Positions 42,004 through 52,207 are shown, numbered from the stretch's first letter. The stretch is 64,000 bases of DNA from an uncultured virus (IMG/VR IMGVR_UViG_2615840715_000006) (IMGVR_UViG_2615840715_000006), one strand, 5' to 3'. Numbers and translations: made by a program. Notes: generated by a model from the sequence alone, not told the origin.

Positions 42004-43325
42004 CGAAGCCGCCGGATAAATCGAAGGTCGTCCGCAAGCTGCGGTGTGCCGTCTACACCCGGAAATCCTCCGAGGAAGGACTGGAGCAGGAGTTCAACTC
42101 GCTCCACGCCCAGCGCGAGGCCTGCGAGGCTTACATCGCCAGCCAGCGGTCGGAGGGCTGGGTGCTGGTCCGCGATCAGTATGACGACGGCGGCATCTCG
42201 GGCGGCACGCTGGAGCGGCCCGGCTTGAAGCGGCTGCTGGAGGATATCGAGGACGGGCTGGTCGATGTTGTGGTGGTCTACAAGATCGACCGCCTCAGCC
42301 GCTCGCTGGCGGATTTCGCCAAGCTGGTCGAGGTGTTCGACCGGAACGGCGTGACGTTCGTCTCGGTCACGCAGTCGTTCAACACCACCACCTCCATGGG
42401 GCGGCTGACGCTGAACATCCTGCTCAGCTTCGCCCAGTTCGAGCGCGAGGTGACGGCCGAACGCATCCGCGACAAGGTCGCCGCCAGCCGGAAGAAGGGT
42501 ATGTGGATGGGCGGGGTGCCACCATACGGTTACCGCGTCGAGAACCGGAAGCTGGTGGTCGACGAAGAGCACGCTGAGCACGTTCGCTGGGTCTTCGACC
42601 GCTTTCTCGAGATCGGGTCCTGCACGGAACTGGCGCGGGAAGTCGGCACGCGCGGCCTCCGGACGCCGCGCGGCAACCGGATCGACAAGAAGTACATCTA
42701 CCGCATGCTCAGCAACCGCGCCTACATCGGCGAGGCGGTCCACAAGGGCGACAGCTATCCCGGCGAGCACGACGCCATCATCGATCCCGAGATTTGGGAC
42801 CGCGTCCACGCCATCCTGCAGGAGAGCCCGCGCAAGCGCGCGGCCCGCACCCGCGCCGACACGCCCGCGCTGCTGAAGGGGCTGCTGTTCGGGCCCGATG
42901 GCGCCGCGTTCTCACCGACGCATACTCGGAAGGGGGATCGTCTCTACCGCTACTATGTCAGTCAGACCGTGCTGAAGCATGGTGCTGGTTCGTGTCCGGT
43001 CGGCCGCGTGCCTGCGGGCGAGATCGAGGGCGCTGTCATCGACCAGCTCCGCGCCGTGTTCCGCCAGCCAGAGATCGTGGCGGGGACGTGGAAGGCGGCG
43101 CGTGCCTACGCCGAAGAAATCTCCGAGGCCGACGCACGCGCGGCCTTGCAGCAGCTCGACCCGCTGTGGGACGAACTCTTCCCCGCCGAGCAGGCGCGCA
43201 TAGTCACGCTGCTGGTCGAGCGCGTCGATATCGGCACGAACGGGCTCAACTTCCGGCTCCGGATGGACGGCCTCGGAGGGCTCGCGCGCGAGATGCTGTC
43301 TGGCAGCATCGGAGCAGCGGCATGA
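42000..43325 (+). CDS. Large serine recombinase (integrase)
   Basis: AVYTRKS catalytic Ser, YDDGGISG, KIDRLSR, PPYGY, HDAII. Confidence 0.92.
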   Translation: MTKPPDKSKVVRKLRCAVYTRKSSEEGLEQEFNSLHAQREACEAYIASQRSEGWVLVRDQYDDGGISGGTLERPGLKRLLEDIEDGLVDVVVVYKIDRLSRSLADFAKLVEVFDRNGVTFVSVTQSFNTTTSMGRLTLNILLSFAQFEREVTAERIRDKVAASRKKGMWMGGVPPYGYRVENRKLVVDEEHAEHVRWVFDRFLEIGSCTELAREVGTRGLRTPRGNRIDKKYIYRMLSNRAYIGEAVHKGDSYPGEHDAIIDPEIWDRVHAILQESPRKRAARTRADTPALLKGLLFGPDGAAFSPTHTRKGDRLYRYYVSQTVLKHGAGSCPVGRVPAGEIEGAVIDQLRAVFRQPEIVAGTWKAARAYAEEISEADARAALQQLDPLWDELFPAEQARIVTLLVERVDIGTNGLNFRLRMDGLGGLAREMLSGSIGAAA

Positions 43326-43717
43326 CCCGCGCGACGGCGGTCCCCGAGACGGTTACAATCCACGTGCCATTCCGCATCGTGAAGCGCGGCGGGCGGAAAG
43401 AGATGCAGCGGCCATCAGGTACACAAGCGCGCGGGAGGCCGGACGATACGCTCATCAAGGCGCTTGCGCGCGCGTTCCGCTGGAAGAGGATGCTCGACAA
43501 CGGTGACTTTGCCACGGTAGCCGACCTCGCCGCACAGGAGGGCATCGCTGTCTCCTACCTAACGCGTGTGCTTCGGCTGACGCAGCTTGCGCCCGATCTC
43601 GTCGAGGCGATACTCGACGCACGGCATCCCCCGGGCCTGACGCTTCAGTCGCTGCGAGTGCAGATCCCCGATGAATGGTCGAAGCAGCGCGGGTCCTTGC
43701 TGCCAGGGACGGAATAA
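43322..43717 (+). CDS. Recombinase-associated HTH protein
   Basis: VKRGGRKEM, ALARAFRW, RVLRLTQLAPD; coupled to recombinase stop. Confidence 0.75.
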   Translation: MTRATAVPETVTIHVPFRIVKRGGRKEMQRPSGTQARGRPDDTLIKALARAFRWKRMLDNGDFATVADLAAQEGIAVSYLTRVLRLTQLAPDLVEAILDARHPPGLTLQSLRVQIPDEWSKQRGSLLPGTE

Positions 43718-43874
43718 GGCTTGCGGCATCAGTCGGCCACGCTGTAGCTTCTCCGAGCCGTTGTCAGGCGAAAGAGCTGCCAAACCAGAGAATTGCGCGT
43801 TGATCTGAGCCGAGTTCTTTGACAAGCCGTTTGCTGCGCGATGGCATGTCGAAACCGGGCGAAGTAGATTGCGC

Positions 43875-46253
43875 ATGAACGAAGCCGATACCTGCAGAAA
43901 GTTCGTCGTCCCGAAGCTGCAGGAAGCAGGCTGGGATGATCGTCCGCACGCGATAAACGAGCAGAGAACTTTTACTGACGGCCGAGTTGTATTTGTCGGC
44001 GGCAAAGCTCGCCGTGGCAAGCAGAAGCGCTCAGACTATCTTCTCCGATATAATCCGGATTTCCCGATCGCCGTCGTTGAGGCCAAATCCCGCTACCGGC
44101 ACGCCGCGGAGGGCCTCCAACAAGCCAAGGAATATGCAGAAATCCTTGGACTTCGGTTCGCGTATTCGACCAACGGGATCGAGATTGTCGAGTTCGACTA
44201 CACGACCGGCATCGAGCGAACGATTTCGGATTTCCCGGCGCCTGATGACCTTTGGGCTCGGCTCCGCCGCGCCGAGGGCATTGTCGACGACCAAGTGGCC
44301 GAACGGCTGCTGACGCCCACCTTTCCAGACCGAGCCAAACCCCTTCGCTACTATCAGGAAATCGCGGTGAACCGCGCGGTCCAAGTGGCCCTTCAGGGCA
44401 GGAAGCGGGCCCTTCTCACACTGTGCACCGGAGCGGGCAAGACTGCCGTCGCCTTCCAGATCTGCTGGAAGCTATGGTCAGCACGCTGGAATTCCAAAGG
44501 GGTCAACCGAAACCCGAAGATCCTGTTTCTCGCTGATCGCAACGTCCTGGTCGACGATCCGATGGCAAAAGACTTCAGCCCGTTTGGCGACGCCCGTCAC
44601 AGGATAGCTGGCGGCGTGGCGGTCAAGAGCCGCGACATGTATTTCGCGATCTACCAGTCCATCGCGCGTGACGAGAACCGTCCCGGCCTCTATCGAGAGT
44701 ATGCGCGCGACTTCTTCGATCTCATCATAATTGACGAATGCCATCGTGGCAGTGCGCGCGACGACAGCAACTGGCGAGAAATCCTCGAGTGGTTCGAGCC
44801 TGCGACCCAGATCGGGATGACAGCGACGCCGCGGCGAGAGGATAACGTCGACACCTACAACTATTTCGGCGATCCGCTTTATGAATACAGCCTGGCGCAG
44901 GGCATCGCTGACGGCTTCCTGGCCCCGTATCGCGTCCATCGCGTCATATCGGACTACGACGCTGCAGGCTGGCGACCAACGCGGGGTGAACTTGATCGCT
45001 ATGGTCGCGAGATCCCCGACGCCGAATACTCGACGCGGGACTTCGAGCGGGTCGTGGCGCTGCGGGCTCGAACTCAGGCCATTGCGAAACATCTCGCGGG
45101 CTTCATGGCCGAGACCGACCGCTTCGCGAAGACCATCGTCTTCTGCGTCGACCAGGAACACGCGCTCGAAATGCGGCAGGCGCTCGCCGCCCTGAACACC
45201 GATCTCGTGAAGGACCATCCCGACTACGTTTGCCGTGTGACGTCCGACGAAGGCGATGTGGGAAGCGCGCACAGGGCGAAGTTTCAGGATGTCGAGACCC
45301 AGACGCCGGTCATCCTCACCACATCGCAGCTTCTCACGACCGGCGTGGACGCCCCGACCTGCAAGAACGTGGTGCTCGCGCGGGTCGTCGGCTCCATGCC
45401 GGAGTTCAAGCAGATCATCGGACGGGGCACCCGTCTCCGGCCCGACTACGGCAAGCTCGCCTTCAACATCATCGACTACACCGGAACCGCGACGCGCATG
45501 TTCGCCGATCCCGCCTTTGACGGCGAGCCCGTCCGCGAGGACGAAGCGGTGATCAATGCGGACGGCGACATCGTGGAAGAGCGCGAGATCGAAGAAGTGG
45601 CGCCGGATCCGGACGATTTTCCTGAAGGGCCCGATATCCCGGATGGACCGGTCGAGCTGGGGGACGAGGGCGAGAACGGGCCCCGCAAGTTCTATGTCGA
45701 CGGCGGCGAGGTCGCGATCGTCCGGCACCTCGTGTACGAACTCGATTCTGACGGCCGGCAACTCGCCTGCCGCCAGCTCACCGATTACACTGGCGACAAG
45801 GTCCGCACACTCTACCCCAATGCGTCGGAACTGCGCACGGACTGGCTCGATCCCGAACGCCGGGCGGAAATCGTCGAGCGGCTCGAGGAAAAGGGCATCG
45901 ACCTCGATTCCCTGGCTGATGCAGTCGGAAAGCCGGAGGCCGACCCGTTCGATCTCCTTTGCCATCTCGCCTATAACGCGCCGCTGCGCACCCGGCGCGA
46001 GCGCGCTGACCGTCTGGTGAGGGAGCAGGACGAGTTTCTGGACCGCTTCGGGCCGGATGCCCGCGAAGTTCTGGATGCCGTGCTTGAAAAGTATGCCGAA
46101 CATGGCAGTGCCCAGTTCAAGCTGCCCGACATCCTTGAAGTGCCCCCGTTCAACGAGTGGGGCAACGTCATAGAAATCGCCGCCCGCTTCGGCGGGGGCA
46201 AGGAGCTGCGCAGCGCCGTCACCGAGCTGCAGCGTCTGCTCTACACCGCTTGA
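43875..46253 (+). CDS. hsdR: Type I restriction subunit (EcoAI/EcoEI-like)
   Basis: VVEAK nuclease, CTGAGKT, DECH, TATP, QIIGRGTR. Confidence 0.92.
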   Translation: MNEADTCRKFVVPKLQEAGWDDRPHAINEQRTFTDGRVVFVGGKARRGKQKRSDYLLRYNPDFPIAVVEAKSRYRHAAEGLQQAKEYAEILGLRFAYSTNGIEIVEFDYTTGIERTISDFPAPDDLWARLRRAEGIVDDQVAERLLTPTFPDRAKPLRYYQEIAVNRAVQVALQGRKRALLTLCTGAGKTAVAFQICWKLWSARWNSKGVNRNPKILFLADRNVLVDDPMAKDFSPFGDARHRIAGGVAVKSRDMYFAIYQSIARDENRPGLYREYARDFFDLIIIDECHRGSARDDSNWREILEWFEPATQIGMTATPRREDNVDTYNYFGDPLYEYSLAQGIADGFLAPYRVHRVISDYDAAGWRPTRGELDRYGREIPDAEYSTRDFERVVALRARTQAIAKHLAGFMAETDRFAKTIVFCVDQEHALEMRQALAALNTDLVKDHPDYVCRVTSDEGDVGSAHRAKFQDVETQTPVILTTSQLLTTGVDAPTCKNVVLARVVGSMPEFKQIIGRGTRLRPDYGKLAFNIIDYTGTATRMFADPAFDGEPVREDEAVINADGDIVEEREIEEVAPDPDDFPEGPDIPDGPVELGDEGENGPRKFYVDGGEVAIVRHLVYELDSDGRQLACRQLTDYTGDKVRTLYPNASELRTDWLDPERRAEIVERLEEKGIDLDSLADAVGKPEADPFDLLCHLAYNAPLRTRRERADRLVREQDEFLDRFGPDAREVLDAVLEKYAEHGSAQFKLPDILEVPPFNEWGNVIEIAARFGGGKELRSAVTELQRLLYTA

Positions 46254-46270
46254 ATTGAAGGAGCTCTAAC

Positions 46271-47836
46271 TTGGCTACAACCGCCCGAAAGAAGGCTGCG
46301 CCGAAGCAACTGACCACTGCCCAGCGTCTCGACAGCATCATCAAGTCCGCCCGCAAGATCATGCGGAAGGACAAGGGGCTGAACGGCGACCTTGATCGGT
46401 TGCCGATGCTCACCTGGATCATGTTCCTGAAGTTCCTCGACGACATGGAGCGAATCGAGGAGGGACGCGCAGAACTTGCTGGCAAGGATTATCGCTCGAT
46501 CATCGAGGCCCCTTATCGCTGGCGCGATTGGGCGGCGGATGCCGATGGCATCACCGGTCCCGACCTCCTGTCGTTCCTCGTTTCCGAAATGACCGAGCGC
46601 CCGGACGGCACACGCGGCCCGGGGCTCTTCACCTATCTCCGAGGCTTGCGCGGCGACAATGGGCGGCGCGAGCGGCGCGACGTGATTGCAACCGTCTTCC
46701 AGGGCTTCGCCAACCGGATGGAGAGCGGCTACCTGCTGCGCGACGTGGTCAACCTGATCGACGGCATCCATTTCGATTCTTCGGAAGAAGTTCACACACT
46801 CGGCCGCCTGTACGAGACGCTGCTGCGCGAAATGCGCGACGCTGCAGGGGACTCGGGCGAGTTCTACACGCCCCGGCCGGTCGTGCGGTTCATGGTCGAG
46901 GTGACCGATCCCAAGCTGGGCGAGACCATCCTCGACCCGGCATGCGGCACCGGGGGATTTCTGACCGAGGCATTCCTGCATCTTGAGCGCCAGGCCGATA
47001 CGGTCGAGAAGCGACGCATCCTCCAGGAAGACAGCTTCTTCGGCGGCGAGGCCAAGTCGCTGCCGTTCCTGCTGTCCCAGCTCAACCTCCTGCTGCACGG
47101 CCTGCATGCCCCGCGCATCGACCCGGGCAATGCCCTTCGCTTCCGCCTCGCCGAGATCGGCGAGGATCAGCGGGTCAATGTCATCCTGACCAATCCGCCA
47201 TTCGGCGGCGAGGAGGAGGCAGGCATCCTCAACAACTTCCCCGAGGACCGGCGCACGGCCGAAACGGCGCTGCTGTTCCTGCAACTGATCATGCGGAGGC
47301 TGAAACGCGCCGGGCGCGGGCGGGCCGCCGTCGTCGTTCCGCACGGCACGCTGTTCGGCGATGGCATCTCGGCGCGGATCAAGGCGGACCTGCTCGAGAA
47401 GTTCAACCTGCACACAGTGGTCCGGCTGCGCGAAGGGGTGTTCGCGCCCTACACGGACATCCCGGCAAACCTGATCTTCTTCGACACGACCGGACCAACG
47501 AGGGACATCTGGTACTACGAGATGCCGCTGCCGGAGGGCCGCAAGAAGTACTCGAAGACCGCGCCCATGGCCTATGAGGAATTTGCGGACTGCCTTGCCT
47601 GGTGGAAGAAGCGCGAGCCGAACGAGCGCGCGTGGAAGGTCTCCGCCGGTGATCTGATCCAGCGCGACGAGCAGGATCGCGTTGTCGCCTGTAACCTGGA
47701 CATCAAGAACCCGCATTCCGGCGAGGTCGCCGATCATCGCGCGCCGCTCGAGATCGTGGACGCGATCATCGCACAGGAACAGCGGATCATCGGGATCATG
47801 GACGAGATCAAGGCCGTGCTGGCGGAGCGGGTGTGA
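46271..47836 (+). CDS. hsdM: Type I modification subunit
   Basis: GEFYTPR, DPACGTGGFL, NPPF; TTG start with AAGGAG. Confidence 0.93.
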   Translation: MATTARKKAAPKQLTTAQRLDSIIKSARKIMRKDKGLNGDLDRLPMLTWIMFLKFLDDMERIEEGRAELAGKDYRSIIEAPYRWRDWAADADGITGPDLLSFLVSEMTERPDGTRGPGLFTYLRGLRGDNGRRERRDVIATVFQGFANRMESGYLLRDVVNLIDGIHFDSSEEVHTLGRLYETLLREMRDAAGDSGEFYTPRPVVRFMVEVTDPKLGETILDPACGTGGFLTEAFLHLERQADTVEKRRILQEDSFFGGEAKSLPFLLSQLNLLLHGLHAPRIDPGNALRFRLAEIGEDQRVNVILTNPPFGGEEEAGILNNFPEDRRTAETALLFLQLIMRRLKRAGRGRAAVVVPHGTLFGDGISARIKADLLEKFNLHTVVRLREGVFAPYTDIPANLIFFDTTGPTRDIWYYEMPLPEGRKKYSKTAPMAYEEFADCLAWWKKREPNERAWKVSAGDLIQRDEQDRVVACNLDIKNPHSGEVADHRAPLEIVDAIIAQEQRIIGIMDEIKAVLAERV

Positions 47837-48987
47837 TGTCGCGGACGATAACCATCGACAGGTTTCTGACCAAGGCAGAGGACTGGGTCCCGGTAAAGCC
47901 GGATGAAAATTACAAGCAGATCACCGCACGTCTTTGGGGAAAGGGTCTCACGCTGCGTGGCGAAGTTCCGGGGAGCGCGATTGCTGCCGCCCGACAGTAC
48001 TGCGCCAAGGCAGGTCAGTTCCTGATCTCGAGGATCGACGCGCGTCATGGAGCGTTCGGGATCGTTCCAGAGGACCTGGACGGTGCACTGGTCAGCAATG
48101 ATTTCCCCTGCTTCAACATCGACGCTTCGACGGTGCTGCCACATTTCTTCGAGTGGTATTCACGCACGCCCGAGTTCATCGATCTATGTCGCCGAGCGAG
48201 CGAGGGTTCGACAAACCGCGTTCGCATGAAAGAAGCGAAATTCCTGAAGATGACGGTGCCTCTGCCTTCTCTCGACGAACAGCGCCGTATCGTCGAAAAG
48301 CTCGACCGGGTCGCGGCGCTGGTGGACGACCGCCGCAACGCCATCGAGGCGGCCGAGCGCGAGACGCAGGCGTTGCTGCTGAAAGCCTTCCAGCGCGCCA
48401 TCGACGGCGCCCCCCTGCGCCCCATGGCCGAGGTCGCGCCGCTGGTGCGAAGACCGGTCGAGATCGATCTCGACGCTGCCTATCCGGAACTCGGCGTCCG
48501 GTCATTCGGTCGGGGCACGTTCCACAAACCCGAACTGCCCGGCGTTGAGGTCGGCAACAAGAAGCTGTTCCGCATCTGCACGGGCGACCTCGTGTTCAAC
48601 ATCGTCTTTGCCTGGGAAGGCGCTGTCGCCGTCGCTCAGCCAGAAGACGATGGCCGGGTCGGCTCACATCGTTTCCTGACCTGCGTTCCCGCGCCGGAAA
48701 CCGCAACCGTCGAGTTCCTACGCTTCTATTTCTCGACGCCCGAGGGATTGCAGAAGCTGGGTGAAGCATCTCCTGGCGGAGCGGGACGGAACCGGACGCT
48801 GGGATTGAAGAAGCTCGAAAGCTTGCAAGTGCCGGTCCCACCAATCGGTCGACAGCACTGGTTCGACCGCCTTCAGACGAAGGCGCACGAAGCCCGCACC
48901 ATCCGCGCCAACACCGCGCAGGATGTGGAGGCCCTGATTCCGGCCATGCTGCACGAGATCTTCGACGGTGGGGCGAAGGCCGCGTGA
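47836..48987 (+). CDS. hsdS: Type I specificity subunit
   Basis: Two TRDs with PLPSLDEQRRIV and PVPPIGRQ repeats. Confidence 0.88.
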   Translation: MSRTITIDRFLTKAEDWVPVKPDENYKQITARLWGKGLTLRGEVPGSAIAAARQYCAKAGQFLISRIDARHGAFGIVPEDLDGALVSNDFPCFNIDASTVLPHFFEWYSRTPEFIDLCRRASEGSTNRVRMKEAKFLKMTVPLPSLDEQRRIVEKLDRVAALVDDRRNAIEAAERETQALLLKAFQRAIDGAPLRPMAEVAPLVRRPVEIDLDAAYPELGVRSFGRGTFHKPELPGVEVGNKKLFRICTGDLVFNIVFAWEGAVAVAQPEDDGRVGSHRFLTCVPAPETATVEFLRFYFSTPEGLQKLGEASPGGAGRNRTLGLKKLESLQVPVPPIGRQHWFDRLQTKAHEARTIRANTAQDVEALIPAMLHEIFDGGAKAA

Positions 48988-49565
48988 CTGTGAGCCGGGA
49001 CGATCAGCCCGATCTGCTATCGGACCTTTCGGATCTGGACTTCGTCCGTCATCTGCTGGCCGACCTTCATGACGACCTGCCAGGGAAGGTCGGCCGTTTC
49101 CGGATGCTGACAGATCTGGGCGGCCAGATGGGTCGATCCGGGACGATGATTTTCGGCGGCCATGCGGCCTATCACGCTTGGGTCGAAGCGCGTTCGTCGT
49201 TCGTGCACGGCAATTATGTGGCGACGATCCTGCTGTGTCAGGGGCTCGTGGAGCATCTGCTGGCGGCATATCTTCACGCCGGGCTTCTGGTTGATGACAT
49301 TCCGGATCGCATCCAGTTCGCCGACACCCTCCGCCGCTGCCGAGAGCGCGAGGTAGTCTCTGATGAAGACGTCACCGACCTCCGCCGCATGATGGCGCTG
49401 CGAAACCCGTTGTCGCACTTCCGGCATGTCGATGACGGCAGCAATCTTGATCGTCGTAGCATCGATGAGAGCAGATCGGCGGACGACCTGCTGCGCCATG
49501 ACGCGATCTTTTCGATCGGTCTCGCCGTTCGGATGCTTTCAAGGCCTGCGTTCCGGCTCGGCTAG
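48984..49565 (+). CDS. Putative HEPN-like protein
   Basis: Helical; RNPLSH (R-x4-H); GTGA-coupled to hsdS. Confidence 0.6.
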   Translation: MTVSRDDQPDLLSDLSDLDFVRHLLADLHDDLPGKVGRFRMLTDLGGQMGRSGTMIFGGHAAYHAWVEARSSFVHGNYVATILLCQGLVEHLLAAYLHAGLLVDDIPDRIQFADTLRRCREREVVSDEDVTDLRRMMALRNPLSHFRHVDDGSNLDRRSIDESRSADDLLRHDAIFSIGLAVRMLSRPAFRLG

Positions 49566-49585
49566 CAATCGGGGCCACCAGCTGG

Positions 49586-50497
49586 TCATCGTCGAACGGA
49601 CCGAGTTTTTGGTGGCGTGATCCGATCACCCTTCGCCAAGATGTAGTCGGCGATCTTGTGCCCGAGGGGATGGGGCCCCGCCCACAGCATGTAGTAGATT
49701 GGGACACCTCGCGTGTTCCTGACGACACTCGGTGTGGCGGCGTGGCCGAACAAGGTCTTCAGGCGGCCGACGTAGTGGTCAAGAAGCCGCTTGGCTGCAT
49801 CGTCAACCTTGTGGCGGGTCGTATCCCCGAAGAGGTCGGTGCGCTCTGCGTAGACGAGGCTCTCCCAGTCCGCACCGCCGAAGCAGCCGTTTAGCCCCGC
49901 GCGCCAAGTTTCGGGAATGTCACCCGAGCGCGTGATCAATCTGTTGATGGCCATTCCAAGCGGGAAGTTTATGATCACCTCAAACTTCTTGGTTGATCCC
50001 AGAGCTGCGACGGTTCGCCAGTCCAGGTGGGGGCCATAAGGATCGAGGAAAGCAACACCCCTCATGTTCCGCCCCGCAATCCGCGGGACCAGCTTCTGGA
50101 TCAATTCGTTCGCGTCGCCAACCTGAACGCTGATCTTTCGAGCCGGGTACTCTGCCCTCAAGCCCTCGAGAAGGGCCGCGCGCCCTGCATCTGCGTCAAA
50201 GAAATGATATTGGGTGAAAGGGTGTTCGAGAGCGAGGGCTCGGTGCGGGGAGCCTTCGATGAACTGCTCCTCGGACCGAACGAACTCGTCATCAAGAAGC
50301 TGAAGGTCTTCGTCATCAGCACCGGCCCAGGCGTCGCGGATTCTTGACCGTCCCGCGCCGGCGAATGCGTCGACGTAGACCAGTTCGAAGGACTGTTTCT
50401 TCAGCGCAATGGTGTAAGCGTGAAGATATGCCTCGAGGCCATCGAGCTTTTGCCGAGCCCATGGGCCAACGGTATTTTCAATATGCGATTTCTTCAA
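49586..50497 (-). CDS. Three-Cys-motif partner protein TcmP (methyltransferase-like)
   Basis: YVDAFAGAG, GDAN, FLDPYG; downstream of DUF5131. Confidence 0.8.
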   Translation of the reverse strand: MKKSHIENTVGPWARQKLDGLEAYLHAYTIALKKQSFELVYVDAFAGAGRSRIRDAWAGADDEDLQLLDDEFVRSEEQFIEGSPHRALALEHPFTQYHFFDADAGRAALLEGLRAEYPARKISVQVGDANELIQKLVPRIAGRNMRGVAFLDPYGPHLDWRTVAALGSTKKFEVIINFPLGMAINRLITRSGDIPETWRAGLNGCFGGADWESLVYAERTDLFGDTTRHKVDDAAKRLLDHYVGRLKTLFGHAATPSVVRNTRGVPIYYMLWAGPHPLGHKIADYILAKGDRITPPKTRSVRR

Positions 50498-50524
50498 TGA
50501 TGGCGGTACTCCGTGCGAAATGGT

Positions 50525-51283
50525 TCACGCTGAAATCTGATCGAGGATCGGCTTCGGGACGATTTGCCACGGAAAGCCGTTCCATTCCTCACCATCGAGC
50601 AGACGCCCCCCCGACTTCGGACGGGCGCCACCCCATTGTTTGAAGAAGAAAGCGACGTCGTCACGTTCGCAGATGTCCCGCATCTGGCGGGCCCAGCTTT
50701 CGTCCATGGGCCGAGCCCGGGGCCCGCTCTCCCCCCCGACGATGGCCCAAGCGACGCCCTGCAGATCGACATCCCCGACCGGTCCGAGCAGCGGCTCGAA
50801 CGAGATGAAGCGCGCGTCGGAATTGATCTGCTTCAGGTGCTCGATCCGGCTCGCGTGCGCGGCGTCCTCGACAGAAACGCCGAGCCAGATGTGCCGAGGG
50901 ACCGGCCCTCCATCATACCGCTTCCGAACGTAGTTGCGCATGAGCGAGCTGCGCTTGGTCAGCACCTGGTAGACGTGCCAGTCCGCCAGCTCCATGGCGT
51001 CGAACACCGCGTCGATGAATGTACGGTCGATGTCCTTGTGGAAGAGGTCGCTCATCGAGTTCACGAAGATCATCCGCGGCTTTTTCCAGAGCACGGGCTG
51101 CTTCAGCCTCGACGGCCAGAGTGTCAGGACAAAGCCCTGCTCGTAGGGGTGTCCAGGGATTCCACGCCAGCGCTCTGCGAACCGCTCGGCGTAGCAGTTG
51201 TCACAACCGGGACCGACCTTGGTGCAGCCCGTCACCGGGTTCCACGTCGCGTCCGTCCATTCGATGTCTGACTTCTGGGCCAA
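50525..51283 (-). CDS. DUF5131 (phage Gp37/Gp68) radical-SAM-like protein
   Basis: TWNPVTGCTKVGPGCDNCYA, NSMSDLFH, SFEPLLG, VGGESG, FFKQWGG. Confidence 0.9.
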   Translation of the reverse strand: MAQKSDIEWTDATWNPVTGCTKVGPGCDNCYAERFAERWRGIPGHPYEQGFVLTLWPSRLKQPVLWKKPRMIFVNSMSDLFHKDIDRTFIDAVFDAMELADWHVYQVLTKRSSLMRNYVRKRYDGGPVPRHIWLGVSVEDAAHASRIEHLKQINSDARFISFEPLLGPVGDVDLQGVAWAIVGGESGPRARPMDESWARQMRDICERDDVAFFFKQWGGARPKSGGRLLDGEEWNGFPWQIVPKPILDQISA

Positions 51284-51664
51284 CTGCTCGCCTCACACTT
51301 TTTCACAACGGTAACACGCGGTTGACTCAGCACAAAGCACGAACAGCGGCTGGGGTGAGATTGGTCCCAGCCGCAGCCGAACCAGCGCGCAACGGGCGGC
51401 GTTCGATCTCTGTTCCATCCGCCATCCAGCTGGATTTTCCAAATTGCGTGCATCACGGACTTCGAAAGATCACTTGAAAGCAATGACTTAAAGCTGTTCA
51501 CCGAAAGCGCGGCGGTTAACAGGTCCGGAGAATATCGGCCCGGAGAGAACGCGTGTGCGCCCTTCGGGGCGTAGGCCGGTTAACAGCCCAACCCGCATAA
51601 CCCCCGAAAACAACGGAAAAATCCGGCTGCAGCCGGATCGGGAGAACGCTTTCGCGAGGGCAAG

Positions 51665-51673
51665 TGGCGGAGG
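51665..51673 (-). other. Possible att core / tRNA 3' end (CCTCCGCCA), truncated by gap
   Basis: Only 9 nt visible before the Ns. Confidence 0.35.
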
Positions 51674-51683
51674 NNNNNNNNNN
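51674..51683. other. Assembly gap
   Basis: 10 N. Confidence 1.
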
Positions 51684-51726
51684 GCCCGACATGGGCGGCG
51701 TACTGGCGCTCGCTCATGCCTTGCAT
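51684..51726 (-). CDS. Terminase small subunit, 5' fragment
   Basis: MQGMSERQYAAHVG identical to start of 22942..23538. Confidence 0.8.
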
Positions 51727-51838
51727 CGCCAGCCCCGATTATCATTCAAAGTCAGGTGCTTATGTCGTTGATAAGCCTCGCGGACAGAGCGAACGTCCAT
51801 CCCACAAGGACGATGCAACTTACGAAGGAGCCACCACG

Positions 51839-52111
51839 ATGACCACCCGCTTGAACCCGATCACCACCCCGCGCCACGAACTCCGCGCCGAGAAGGCGCG
51901 CCGGAACAAGGAAGCCGCGCTGAACGCCTTCATCGGCAAGAAGGCCGAGATCGACGAGATGCTCGCCCGCCTGCAGGCGCTCAGCGACGACCACTTCAAC
52001 GCCCACCCCGACGAGGTGAACTGGGGCCATGTCGGTACCCTCGAACACTACGCCAGCCTCCTGAGACTCATCACCGACAGCGCCTTTGGTGAGGGCGAAC
52101 ACGCCCGCTGA
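51839..52111 (+). CDS. Conserved phage hypothetical protein (90 aa)
   Basis: Paralog of 23650..23922. Confidence 0.8.
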   Translation: MTTRLNPITTPRHELRAEKARRNKEAALNAFIGKKAEIDEMLARLQALSDDHFNAHPDEVNWGHVGTLEHYASLLRLITDSAFGEGEHAR

Positions 52112-52207
52112 TCTCCGGCGCTGCCGGAACTCCTGCCGCGCGCCCTGCGCGGCTCGGGGTCGTAGAAGGGTCGCGACGGTCGCGACCCCGAACACGGAGA
52201 CGACCCC

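Larger units (their letters stand above)
1..51673. mobile_element. Prophage-like element 1 (lambda-type head, GTA-type tail, serine recombinase); left end outside window
   Basis: Contiguous lysis, tail, head, packaging, methylase, replication, regulatory and recombinase modules; ends at tRNA-like TGGCGGAGG followed by an N gap. Confidence 0.9.

Noticed and set aside
43819..43847. Promoter for hsdR (TTGACA at 43819)
   Set aside because: Perfect -35 but no convincing -10 at 17 bp
51665..51673. Full tRNA gene
   Set aside because: Only 9 nt visible before the gap
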